NCBI GenBank assembly: GCA_964016885.1
Contig: OZ024752.1
Location: 21,390,001-21,454,000, forward strand
Source: Eledone cirrhosa
Lineage: Eukaryota
Reading direction: 5' to 3'
Length of the DNA: 64,000 nucleotides
The position numbers were made by a program, and so were the translations under genes. Below the pieces are notes generated by a model. It made no database searches and was not told the DNA's origin. It worked only from the letters and a program-made list of their open reading frames with translations. Shown here piece by piece: positions 26,140 to 40,923 of the stretch. How positions within the stretch are numbered: position 1 is the first letter of the stretch; each line of letters starts with the position of its first letter.

Positions 26140-26960
26140 TGTAAGGATTGTTTTTGCCATAATACTTGATATATAAGGGTCACTAAACCTTATATCAGTG
26201 CTCCAGTAATTTCACAGTCTTGGAAATTGTTTTATACCAAACATAATATTTATGGTAAAAAACGCTTGCATTTCTGCAGCATCTGTCGGTCGCCATAACA
26301 GATTGGGTTTTCCTCGATTTGAAATCTGTTGTTGGGCATATCAATTAGTCTCTTCTGCCACAACTCCAAAGAAAGTTTGTGGCAAAAATAAAAATAAATA
26401 ATCCAGTGTTTTAGTATTTTCAATAAAATCGGGAACATGTATTGGTGGTAATTTTCGACCACGTTGCTGTAATATTTTCAATGGCATCCTGGAGATCTCC
26501 TTCGTTTTCACTTTCAAAACAACAATCATCGTGGGATGAAATTTCAGAAATGTACACATCTGATTCATTTGAAGATAAATCACTAATATTATCGTTTGTT
26601 TCTTGTTCATTTTGAATGTCATCGTGTGTAAAACCTTCAAAGTCAGTATCGCTACTTTCACAAGCCATGTTGATACACACAAAAAAATCTGTTATACATT
26701 CAACGTTAAAAAACATGTGTTGTTTCAAGTTGTTTCATTATGTTAAGTGTTAAGTTTTGAAGTAAGGGCCTAATCTGGCAGTAATCTCAAAATGACAAGA
26801 TACTGATGACAGTATTGTTTATTTTTGGAACAATATTTTAGTGTGGGTGTTATTGGCCGTTTTTGGCCGGTTTGAACAAATAAAGGGGAAATAATTGCGA
26901 CCAGTTTTGGCTGTTTTGAATACTAATATTATGAATGGACAAACTCTTTTAAGGTGTTAA
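26140..26960 (-). mobile_element. piggyBac transposase N-terminal relic (PGBD4-like)
   Basis: Acidic N-terminus, then LFLFLPQTFFGVVAEETN*YAQ..WRPTDAAEMQAFF.INIMFGI..P...YWSTD..PYISSIM. Possible terminus TTAA-CACCTT at ~26960. Confidence 0.75.
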
Positions 26961-27573
26961 TTGCAAACCAAGTTTTAACTCTTTTCCTACCATACTGCTT
27001 GAACAATCTCTTGTTCTATGTCACAAAGCTGTTTATTATAAAATGTTTATCTATATACTACTAAACCTCTGTGATTGTGTGCTTGTCTGTAATTTAATAC
27101 AGCCAAAACGGCGCATAACAGGAAAATACTTTGAAAGCAAGTTGCTCCCGAAATGGGAATACAAATGGAATAAAACAAGTTTTGTGTAAATCAGAGTATG
27201 GGTATCTTCATAAATGGAGAGAAGGAAAAATAGAAGAGAGAGAGCTGGTGGTGTTGTTGAATGAAATTATAACAGGTGACTTCAAAGAGTCGAATACTGC
27301 ATTACTATATCTAGCTAAAATGTGATGACTAACTATTAAGTCATATGTATTATATAACTTGTGCTAGGACAGGATGTGTGTAGCGAATATTTCCTGCTAA
27401 ATAAGAAGGGTTTATAAATTCATGTGTGTGTGTATATATATATAAGTGTGTGTGTCTGTGACCAGTGTATATAGGTCACAAACACCCACATCTCTCTGTC
27501 TCTCTCTCTCTCTATATATATATATATCACAGAAAAAAAAGAGAATCAGTGTTGCGACGAATAGAATTTATTG

Positions 27574-27657
27574 GACATATTACAATCGTTTCTCTGGCGA
27601 CCAGCTCGAGGCACGATCGAACCTGACTCTGAAAATCGCAAGGTCCTCAGATACGTC
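27574..27657 (-). ncRNA. Type I hammerhead ribozyme in the left arm (sense to THUMPD1 pre-mRNA)
   Basis: gacguau-CUGAGGA-cCUuGCGAUU..GGUCGCcAGa-GAAAC-GAUU-GUA-auauguc; 7-bp stem I; AAUAAA 1 nt downstream. Confidence 0.8.
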
Positions 27658-28175
27658 TTGATTCTACGAAGCAGATTTTCCTAATGTCCTTTTACATCGA
27701 TATACTTCGCTTGTCGGCTTAGATCCTGTTATTGTCATTCTAGGAGTGGTCAAGAACTGTACACGTCATCGGTATTTCTAGCCACTCATGGTTGTCCACT
27801 ATTTGGTTCTTTTCATTCTCCATCTGTCAATCAAATTTGTTTCTTAGGTTGGAATTACTAGTGTAGTAGGTAAGGGGTTGTATGCTTTAACTGCTGGCGG
27901 CCCTTCGACGTCTTCACTGTCTTTAGGCGCCCACTTCTACACCGATGGTGTACACACCCGCAAATGTATTGTATGCGACGATCACCGTAAATAATGTTTG
28001 GAGGGAATTTTTAAATCAAATTAGAAAAATATTTAGCATAACGTTTCAAGAAGACAGCCTCAGAATACCTTAAAACATATTTCAAAAGGAAAAAGAAAAC
28101 TCTGTACAAAGAACATTTTTAAATGAATGTTTGGAACAGCCTTTCAAAAAAAGTTATTTCGAAAGAATTTTATAA

Positions 28176-31100
28176 ATATACACATATCTACACTCACACA
28201 CTGTACTCAGGGAAGTGTGTACAGTTGATATACACACATCTACACTCACACACTGTACTCAGGGAAGTGTGTACAGTTGATATACACATATCTACACTCA
28301 CACACTGTACTCAGGGAAGTGTGTACAGTTGATATACACATAACTACACTCACACACTGTACTCAGGGCAGTGTGTACAGTTGATATACACATATCTACA
28401 CTCACACACTGTACTCAGGGCAGTGTGTACAGTTGATATACACATATCTACACTCACACACTGTACTCAGGGAAGTGTGTACAGTTGATATACACATATC
28501 TACACTCACACACTGTACTCAGGGAAGTGTGTACAGTTGATATACACATATCTACACTCACACACTGTACTCAGGGCAGTATGTACAGTTGATATATACA
28601 TATCTACACTCACACACTGTACTCAGGGCAGTGTGTATAGTTGATATACTCATATCTACACCCACACACTGTACTCAGGGCAGTATGTACAGTTGATATA
28701 CACATATCTACACTCACACACTGTACTCAGGGAAGTGTGTACAGTTGATATACACATATCTACACTCACACACTGTACTCAGGGAAGTGTGTATAGTTGA
28801 TATACACATATCTACACTCATACACTGTACTCAGGGAAGTGTGTACAGTTGATATACACACATCTACACTCACACACTGTACTCAGGGAAGTGTGTACAG
28901 TTGATATACACACATCTACACTCACACACTGTACTCAGGGAAGTGTGTACAGTTGATATACACATATCTACACTCACACACTGTACTCAGGGAAGTGTGT
29001 ACAGTTGATATACACATATCTACACTCACACACTGTACTCAGGGCAGTGTGTATAGTTGATATATACATATCTACACCCACACACTGTACTCAGGGAAGT
29101 GTGTACAGTTGATATACACATATCTACACTCACACACTGTACTCAGGGAAGAGTGTACAGTTGATATACACATATCTACACCCACACACTGTACTCAGGG
29201 AAGTGTGTACAGTTGATATACACATATCTACACTCACACACTGTACTCAGGGAAGTGTGTACAGTTGATATACACATATCTACACTCACACACTGTACTC
29301 AGGGAAGTGTGTACAGTTGATATACACATATCTACACTCACACACTGTACTCAGGGAAGTGTGTACAGTTGATATACACATATCTACACTCACACACTGT
29401 ACTCAGGGAAGTGTGTACAGTTGATATACACATATCTACACTCACACACTGTACTCAGGGAAGTGTGTATAGTTGATATATACATATCTACACCCACACA
29501 CTGTACTCAGGGCAGTATGTACAGTTGATATACACATATCTACACTCACACACTGTACTCAGGGAAGTGTGTACAGTTGATATACACATATCTACACTCA
29601 CACACTGTACTCAGGGAAGTGTGTACAGTTGATATACACACATCTACACTCACACACTGTACTCAGGGAAGTGTGTACAGTTGATATACACATATCTACA
29701 CTCACACACTGTACTCAGGGCAGTATGTACAGTTGATATACACATATCTACACTCACACACTGTACTCAGGGAAGTGTGTACAGTTGATATTCACATAAC
29801 TACACTCACACACTGTACTCAGGGAAGTGTGTACAGTTGATATACACATATCTACACTCACACACTGTACTCAGGGAAGTGTGTACAGTTGATATACACA
29901 TAACTACACTCACACACTGTACTCAGGGAAGTGAGTACAGTTGATATACACATATCTACACTCACACACTGTACTCAGGGAAGTGTGTACAGTTGATATA
30001 CACACATCTACACTCACACACTGTACTCAGGGAAGTGTGTACAGTTGATATACACATATCTACACTCACACACTGTACTCAGGGCAGTATGTACAGTTGA
30101 TATACACATATCTACACTCACACACTGTACTCAGGGAAGTGTGTACAGTTGATATATACATATCTACACTCACACACTGTACTCACGGAAGTGTGTACAG
30201 TTGATATACACATATCTACACTCACACACTGTACTCACGGAAGAGTGTACAGTTGATATACACATATCTACACTCACACACTGTACTCAGGGAAGTGTGT
30301 ACAGTTGATATACACATATCTACACTCACACACTGTACTCACGGAAGTGTGTACAGTTGATATACACATATCTACACTCACACACTGTACTCAGGGAAGT
30401 GTGTACAGTTGATATATACATATCTACACCCACACACTGTAATCAGGGAAGCGTGTACAGTTGATATACACATATCTACACCCACACACTGTACTCAGGG
30501 AAGTGTGTACAGTTGATATACACATATCTACACTCACACACTGTACTCAGGGCAGTATGTACAGTTGATATACACATATCTACACTCACACACTGTACTC
30601 AGGGAAGTGTGTACAGTTGATATACACATATCTACACTCACACACTGTACTCAGGGCAGTGTGTATAGTTGATATATACATATCTACACCCACACACTGT
30701 ACTCAGGGAAGTGTGTACAGTTGATATACACATATCTACACTCACACACTGTACTCAGGGAAGAGTGTACAGTTGATATACACATATCTACACCCACACA
30801 CTGTACTCAGGGAAGTGTGTACAGTTGATATACACATATCTACACTCACACACTGTACTCAGGGAAGTGTGTACAGTTGATATACACATATCTACACTCA
30901 CACACTGTACTCAGGGAAGTGTGTACAGTTGATATACACATATCTACACTCACACACTGTACTCAGGGAAGTGTGTACAGTTGATATACACATATCTACA
31001 CTCACACACTGTACTCAGGGAAGTGTGTACAGTTGATATACACATATCTACACTCACACACTGTACTCAGGGAAGTGTGTATAGTTGATATATACATATC

Positions 31101-34100
31101 TACACCCACACACTGTACTCAGGGCAGTATGTACAGTTGATATACACATATCTACACTCACACACTGTACTCAGGGAAGTGTGTACAGTTGATATACACA
31201 TATCTACACTCACACACTGTACTCAGGGAAGTGTGTACAGTTGATATACACACATCTACACTCACACACTGTACTCAGGGAAGTGTGTACAGTTGATATA
31301 CACATATCTACACTCACACACTGTACTCAGGGCAGTATGTACAGTTGATATACACATATCTACACTCACACACTGTACTCAGGGAAGTGTGTACAGTTGA
31401 TATTCACATAACTACACTCACACACTGTACTCAGGGAAGTGTGTACAGTTGATATACACATATCTACACTCACACACTGTACTCAGGGAAGTGTGTACAG
31501 TTGATATACACATAACTACACTCACACACTGTACTCAGGGAAGTGAGTACAGTTGATATACACATATCTACACTCACACACTGTACTCAGGGAAGTGTGT
31601 ACAGTTGATATACACACATCTACACTCACACACTGTACTCAGGGAAGTGTGTACAGTTGATATACACATATCTACACTCACACACTGTACTCAGGGCAGT
31701 ATGTACAGTTGATATACACATATCTACACTCACACACTGTACTCAGGGAAGTGTGTACAGTTGATATATACATATCTACACTCACACACTGTACTCACGG
31801 AAGTGTGTACAGTTGATATACACATATCTACACTCACACACTGTACTCACGGAAGAGTGTACAGTTGATATACACATATCTACACTCACACACTGTACTC
31901 AGGGAAGTGTGTACAGTTGATATACACATATCTACACTCACACACTGTACTCACGGAAGTGTGTACAGTTGATATACACATATCTACACTCACACACTGT
32001 ACTCAGGGAAGTGTGTACAGTTGATATATACATATCTACACCCACACACTGTAATCAGGGAAGCGTGTACAGTTGATATACACATATCTACACCCACACA
32101 CTGTACTCAGGGAAGTGTGTACAGTTGATATACACATATCTACACTCACACACTGTACTCAGGGCAGTATGTACAGTTGATATACACATATCTACACTCA
32201 CACACTGTACTCAGGGAAGTGTGTACAGTTGATATACACATATCTACACTCACACACTGTACTCAGGGCAGTGTGTATAGTTGATATATACATATCTACA
32301 CTCACACACTGTACTCAGGGAAGTGTGTACAGTTGATATACACATATCTACACTCACACACTGTACTCACGGAAGTGTGTACAGTTGATATACACATATC
32401 TCCACCCACACACTGTACTCAGGGAAGCGTGTACAGTTGATATACACATATCTACACCCACACACTGTACTCAGGGAAGTGTGTACAGTTGATATACACA
32501 CATCTACACTCACACACTGTACTCACGGAAGTGTGTACAGTTGATATACACATATCTACACTCACACACTGTACTCAGGGAAGCGTGTACAGTTGATATA
32601 CACATATCTACACTCACACACTGTACTCAGGGCAGTATGTACAGTTGATATACACATATCTACACTCACACACTGTACTCAGGGAAGTGTGTACAGTTGA
32701 TATATACATATCTACACTCACACACTGTACTCAGGGAAGTATGTACAGTTGATATACACATATCTACACTCATACACTGTACTCAGGGCTGTGTGTACAG
32801 TTGATATACACATATCTACACTCACACACTGTACTCAGGGCAGTATGTACAGATGATATACACATATCTACACTCACACACTGTACTCAGGGAAGTGTGT
32901 ACAGTTGATATACACATATCTACACCCACACACTGTACTCATGGAAGTGTGTACAGTTGATATACACATATCTACACTCACACACTGTACTCAGGGCAGT
33001 GTGTATAGTTGATATACACATATCTACACCCACACACTGTACTCAGGGAAGTGTGTACAGTTGATATACTCATATCTACACTCACACACTGTACTCAGGG
33101 AAGTGTGTATAGTTGATATACACATATCTACACTCACACACTGTACTCAGGGAAGTGTGTACAGTTGATATACTCATATCTACACTCACACACTGTACTC
33201 AGGGAAGTGTGTATAGTTGATATACACATATCTACACTCACACACTGTACTCAGGGAAGTGTGTACAGTTGATATATACATATCTACACCCACACACTGT
33301 ACTCATGGAAGTGTGTACAGTTGATATACACATATCTACACTCACACACTGTACTCAGGGAAGCGTGTACAGTTGATATACACATATCTACACTCACACA
33401 CTGTACTCAGGGAAGCGTGTACAGTTGATATACACATATCTACACTCACACACTGTACTCAGGGAAGCGTGTACAGTTGATATACACATATCTACACTCA
33501 CACACTGTACTCAGGGAAGTGTGTACAGTTGATATACACATATCTACACTCACACACTGTACTCAGGGAAGCGTGTACAGTTGATATACACATATCTACA
33601 CCCACACACTGTACTCAGGGAAGTGTGTACATTTGATATACACATATCTACACTCACACACTGTACCCAGGGAAGCGTGTACAGTTAATATACACATATC
33701 TACACCCACACACTGTACTCAGGGAAGTGTGTACAGTTGATATTCACATAACTACACTCACACACTGTACTCAGGGAAGTGTGTACAGTTGATATACACA
33801 TATCTACACTCACACACTACTCAGGGAAGTGTGTACAGTTGATATACACATAACTACACTCACACACTGTACTCAGGGAAGTGTGTACAGTTGATATACA
33901 CATATCTACACTCACACACAGTACTCACGGAAGTGTGTACAGTTGATATACACACATCTACACTCACACACTGTACTCAGGGCAGTGTGTACAGTTGATA
34001 TATACATATCTACACTCACACACTGTACTCAGGGCAGTATGTACAGTTGATATACACATATCTACACTCACACACTGTACTCAGGGAAGTGTGTACAGTT

Positions 34101-37100
34101 GATATACACATATCTACACTCACACACTGTACTCAGGGCAGTATGTACAGTTGATATACACATATCTACACTCACACACTGTACTCAGGGAAGTGTGTAC
34201 AGTTGATATACACATATCTACACTCACACACTGTACTCAGGGAAGTGTGTACAGTTGATATACACATATCTACACTCACACACTGTACTCAGGGCAGTGT
34301 GTACAGTTGATATACACATATCTACACTCACACACTGTACTCAGGGAAGTGTGTACAGTTGATATACACACATCTACACTCACACACTGTACTCAGGGCA
34401 GTGTGTACAGTTGATATATACATATCTACACTCACACACTGTACTCAGGGCAGTATGTACAGTTGATATACACATATCTACACTCACACACTGTACTCAG
34501 GGCAGTATGTACAGTTGATATACACATATCTACACTCACACACTGTACTCAGGGCAGTATGTACAGTTGATATACACACATCTACACTCACCCACTGTAC
34601 TCAGGGAAGCGTGTACAGTTGATATACACATATCTACACTCACACACTGTACTCAGGGAAGTGTGTACAGTTGATATACACATATCTACACTCACACACT
34701 GTACTCAGGGAAGTGTGTACAGTTGATATACACATATCTACACTCACACACTGTACTCAGGGAAGTGTGTACAGTTGATATACACATATCTACACTCACA
34801 CACTGTACTCAGGGAAATATGTACAGTTGATATACACATATCTACACTCACACACTGTACTCAGGGAAGCGTGTACAGTTAATATACACATATCTACACT
34901 CACACACTGTACTCAGGGAAGCGTGTACAGTTAATATACACATATCTACACTCACACACTGTACTCAGGGCAGTGTGTACAGTTGATATACACATATCTA
35001 CACTCACACACTGTACTCAGGGAAGAGTGTACAGTTGATATACACATATCTACACTCACACACTGTACTCAGGGAAGTGTGTACAGTTGATATACACATA
35101 TCTACACTCACACACTGTACTCAGGGAAGCGTGTACAGTTAATATACACATATCTACACTCACACACTGTACTCAGGGAAGCGTGTACAGTTAATATACA
35201 CATATCTACACTCACACACTGTACTCAGGGCAGTGTGTACAGTTGATATACACATATCTACACTCACACACTGTACTCAGGGAAGTGTGTACAGTTGATA
35301 TACACACATCTACACTCACACACTGTACTCAGGGCAGTGTGTACAGTTGATATATACATATCTACACTCACACACTGTACTCAGGGCAGTATGTACAGTT
35401 GATATACACATATCTACACTCACACACTGTACTCAGGGCAGTATGTACAGTTGATATACACATATCTACACTCACACACTGTACTCAGGGCAGTATGTAC
35501 AGTTGATATACACACATCTACACTCACCCACTGTACTCAGGGAAGCGTGTACAGTTGATATACACATATCTACACTCACACACTGTACTCAGGGAAGTGT
35601 GTACAGTTGATATACACATATCTACACTCACACACTGTACTCAGGGAAGTGTGTACAGTTGATATACACATATCTACACTCACACACTGTACTCAGGGAA
35701 ATATGTACAGTTGATATATACATATCTACACTCACACACTGTACTCAGGGAAGCGTGTACAGTTAATATACACATATCTACACTCACACACTGTACTCAG
35801 GGAAGCGTGTACAGTTAATATACACATATCTACACTCACACACTGTACTCAGGGCAGTGTGTACAGTTGATATACACATATCTACACTCACACACTGTAC
35901 TCAGGGAAGAGTGTACAGTTGATATACACATATCTACACTCACACACTGTACTCAGGGAAGTGTGTACAGTTGATATACACATATCTACACTCACACACT
36001 GTACTCAGGGAAGCGTGTACAGTTAATATACACATATCTACACTCACACACTGTACTCAGGGAAGCGTGTACAGTTAATATACACATATCTACACTCACA
36101 CACTGTACTCAGGGCAGTGTGTACAGTTGATATACACATATCTACACTCACACACTGTACTCAGGGAAGAGTGTACAGTTGATATACACATATCTACACT
36201 CACACACTGTACTCAGGGAAGTGTGTACAGTTAATATACACATATCTACACTCACACACTGTACTCAGGGAAGCGTGTACAGTTAATATACACATATCTA
36301 CATTCACACACTGTACTCAGGGAAGCGTGTACAGTTAATATACACATATCTACACTCACACACTGTACTCAGGGCAGTGTGTACAGTTGATATACACATA
36401 TCTACACTCACACACTGTACTCAGGGAAGAGTGTACAGTTGATATACACATATCTACACTCACACACTGTACTCAGGGAAGTGTGTACAGTTGATATACA
36501 CATATCTACACTCACACACTGTACTCAGGGAAGTGTGTATAGTTGATATACACATATCTACACTCACACACTGTACTCAGGGCAGTGTGTACAGTTGATA
36601 TACACATATCTACACTCACACACTGTACTCAGGGAAGTGTGTACAGTTGATATACACATATCTACACTCACACACTGTACTCAGGGAAGTGTGTATAGTT
36701 GATATACACATATCTACACTCACACACTGTACTCAGGGAAGTGTGTACAGTTGATATACACATATCTACACTCACACACTGTACTCAGGGAAGTGTGTAC
36801 AGTTGAAATACACATATCTACACTCACACACTGTACTCAGGGAAGTGTGTACAGTTGATATACACATATCTACACTCACACACTGTACTCAGGGCAGTAT
36901 GTACAGTTGATATATACATATCTACACTCACACACTGTACTCAGGGAAGTGTGTACAGTTGATATACACACATCTACACTCACACACTGTACTCAGGGAA
37001 GTATGTACAGTTGATATACACATATCTACACTCACACACTGTACTCAGGGAAGTATGTACAGTTGATATACACATATCTACACTCACACACTGTACTCAG

Positions 37101-40100
37101 GGAAGTGTGTACAGTTGATATACACATATCTACACTCACACACTGTACTCAGGGAAGTGTGTACAGTTGATATACACATATCTACACTCACACACTGTAC
37201 TCAGGGCTGTGTGTACAGTTGATATACACATATCTACACTCACACACTGTACTCAGGGAAGAGTGTACAGTTGATATACACATATCTACACTCACACACT
37301 GTACTCAGGGCAGTATGTACAGTTGATATACACATATCTACACTCACACACTGTACTCAGGGAAGTGTGTATAGTTGATATACACATATCTACACTCACA
37401 CACTGTACTCAGGGAAGTGTGTACAGTTGATATACACATATCTACACTCACACACTGTACTCAGGGAAGTGTGTACAGTTGATATACACATATCTACACT
37501 CACACACTGTACTCAGGGAAGTGTGTACAGTTGATATACACATATCTACACTCACACACTGTACTCAGGGCAGTATGTACAGTTGATATATACATATCTA
37601 CACTCACACACTGTACTCAGGGAAGTGTGTACAGTTGATATACACACATCTACACTCACACACTGTACTCAGGGAAGTATGTACAGTTGATATACACACA
37701 TCTACACTCACACACTGTACTCAGGGAAGTATGTACAGTTGATATACACATATCTACACTCACACACTGTACTCAGGGAAGAGTGTACAGTTGATATACA
37801 CATATCTACACTCACACACTGTACTCAGGGCAGTATGTACAGTTGATATACACATATCTACACTCACACACTGTACTCAGGGAAGTGTGTATAGTTGATA
37901 TACACATATCTACACTCACACACTGTACTCAGGGAAGCGTGTACAGTTGATATACACATATCTACACTCACACACTGTACTCAGGGAAGCGTGTACAGTT
38001 GATATACACATATCTACACTCACACACTGTACTCAGGGAAGTGTGTACAGTTGATATACACATATCTACACTCACACACTGTACTCAGGGAAGCGTGTAC
38101 AGTTGATATACACATATCTACACCCACACACTGTACTCAGGGAAGTGTGTACATTTGATATACACATATCTACACTCACACACTGTACTCAGGGAAACGT
38201 GTACAGTTGATATACACATATCTACACCCACACACTGTACTCAGGGAAGTGTGTACATTTGATATACACATATCTACACTCACACACTGTACTCAGGGAA
38301 GCGTGTACAGTTGATATACACATATCTACACCCACACACTGTACTCAGGGAAGTGTGTACATTTGATATACACATATCTACACTCACACACTGTACTCAG
38401 GGAAGTGTGTACAGTTGATATACACATATCTACACCCACACACTGTACTCAGGGAAGTGTGTACAGTTGATATTCACATAACTACACTCACACACTGTAC
38501 TCAGGGAAGTGTGTACAGTTGATATACACATATCTACACTCACACACTGTACTCAGGGAAGTGTGTACAGTTGATATACACATAACTACACTCACACACT
38601 GTACTCAGGGAAGTGTGTACAGTTGATATACACATATCTACACTCACACACTGTACTCACGGAAGTGTGTACAGTTGATATACACATATCTACACTCACA
38701 CACTGTACTCAGGGAAGCGTGTACAGTTGATATACACATATCTACACTCACACACTGTACTCAGGGAAATATGTACAGTTGATATATACATATCTACACT
38801 CACACACTGTACTCAGGGAAGTGTGTGCAGTTGATATACACATATCTACACTCACACACTGTACTCAGGGAAGTGTGTACAGTTGATATACTCATATCTA
38901 CACTCACACACTGTACTCAGGGAAGTGTGTACAGTTGATATATACATATCTACACTCACACACTGTACTCAGGGAAGTGTGTGCAGTTGATATACACATA
39001 TCTACACTCACACACTGTACTCAGGGAAGTGTGTACAGTTGATATACACACATCTACACTCACACACTGTACTCAGGGAAGTGTGTGCAGTTGATATACA
39101 CATATCTACACTCACACACTGTACTCAGGGAAGTGTGTACAGTTGATATACACATATCTACACTCACACACTGTACTCAGGGAAGTGTGTACAGTTGATA
39201 TACACACATCTACACTCACACACTGTACTCAGGGAAGTGTGTGCAGTTGATATACACATATCTACACTCACACACTGTACTCAGGGAAGTGTGTACAGTT
39301 GATATACACATATCTACACTCACACACTGTACTCAGGGAAGTGTGTACAGTTGATATACACACATCTACACTCACACACTGTACTCAGGGAAGCGTGTAC
39401 AGTTGATATACACACATCTACACTCACACACTGTACTCAGGGAAGCGTGTACAGTTGATATACACATATCTACACTCACACACTGTACTCAGGGAAGTGT
39501 GTACAGTTGATATACACATATCTACACTCACACACTGTACTCAGGGAAGCGTGTACAGTTGATATACACACATCTACACTCACACACTGTACTCAGGGAA
39601 GCGTGTACAGTTGATATACACATATCTACACTCACACACTGTACTCAGGGAAGTGTGTACAGTTGATATACACATATCTACACCCACACACTGTACTCAG
39701 GGAAGTATGTACAGTTGATATACACATATCTACACTCACACACTGTACTCAGGGCAGTGTGTACAGTTGATATACACACATCTACACTCACACACTGTAC
39801 TCAGGGAAGTGTGTACAGTTGATATACACATATCTACACTCACACACTGTACTCAGGGAAGTGTGTACAGTTGATATACACACATCTACACTCACACACT
39901 GTACTCAGGGCAGTGTGTCAGTTGATATACACATATCTACACTCACACACTGTACTCAGGGAAGTGTGTACAGTTGATATACACATATCTACACTCACAC
40001 ACTGTACTCAGGGAAGTATGTACAGTTGATATACACATATCTACACTCACACACTTTACTCAGGGCAGTGTGTCAGTTGATATACACATATCTACACTCA

Positions 40101-40923
40101 CACACTGTACTCAGGGAAGTATGTACAGTTGATATACACATATCTACACTCACACACTGTACTCAGGGAAGTATGTACAGTTGATATACACATAACTACA
40201 CTCACACACTGTACTCAGGGAAGCGTGTACAGTTGATATACACATATCTACACTCACACACTGTACTCAGGGAAGTGTGTGCAGTTGATATACACATATC
40301 TACACTCACACACTGTACTCAGGGAAGTGTGTACAGTTGATATACACATATCTACACTCACACACTGTACTCAGGGAAGTGTGTACAGTTGATATACTCA
40401 TATCTACACTCACACACTGTACTCAGGGAAGTGTGTACAGTTGATATACACATATCTACACTCACACACTGTACTCAGGGAAGTGTGTACAGTTGATATA
40501 CACATATCTACACTCACACACTGTACTCAGGGAAGCGTGTACAGTTGATATACACATATCTACACTCACACACTGTACTCAGGGAAGTATGTACAGTTGA
40601 TATACACATATCTACACTCACACACTGTACTCAGGGAAGTATGTGCAGTTGATATACACATATCTACACTCACACACTGTACTCAGGGAAGTGTGTACAG
40701 TTGATATACACATATCTACACTCACACACTGTACTCAGGGAAGTGTGTACAGTTGATATACACATATCTACACTCACACACTGTACTCAGGGCAGTGTGT
40801 ACAGTTGATATACACATATCTACACTCACACACTGTACTCAGGGAAGTATGTACAGTTGATATACACATATCTACACTCACACACTGTACTCAGGGCTGT
40901 GTGTACAGTTGATATACACATAT
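28176..40923. repeat. 52-bp tandem satellite, block 1 (~245 units)
   Basis: Consensus GATATACACATATCTACACTCACACACTGTACTCAGGGAAGTGTGTACAGTT; period 52 checked (28331 to 28383). Confidence 0.99.

Noticed and set aside
28176-28280. 52-mer as a tandem hammerhead (minus strand CTGAGTA..GATA-TGTGTATA)
   Set aside because: Both core boxes deviate and stems I and II do not pair.
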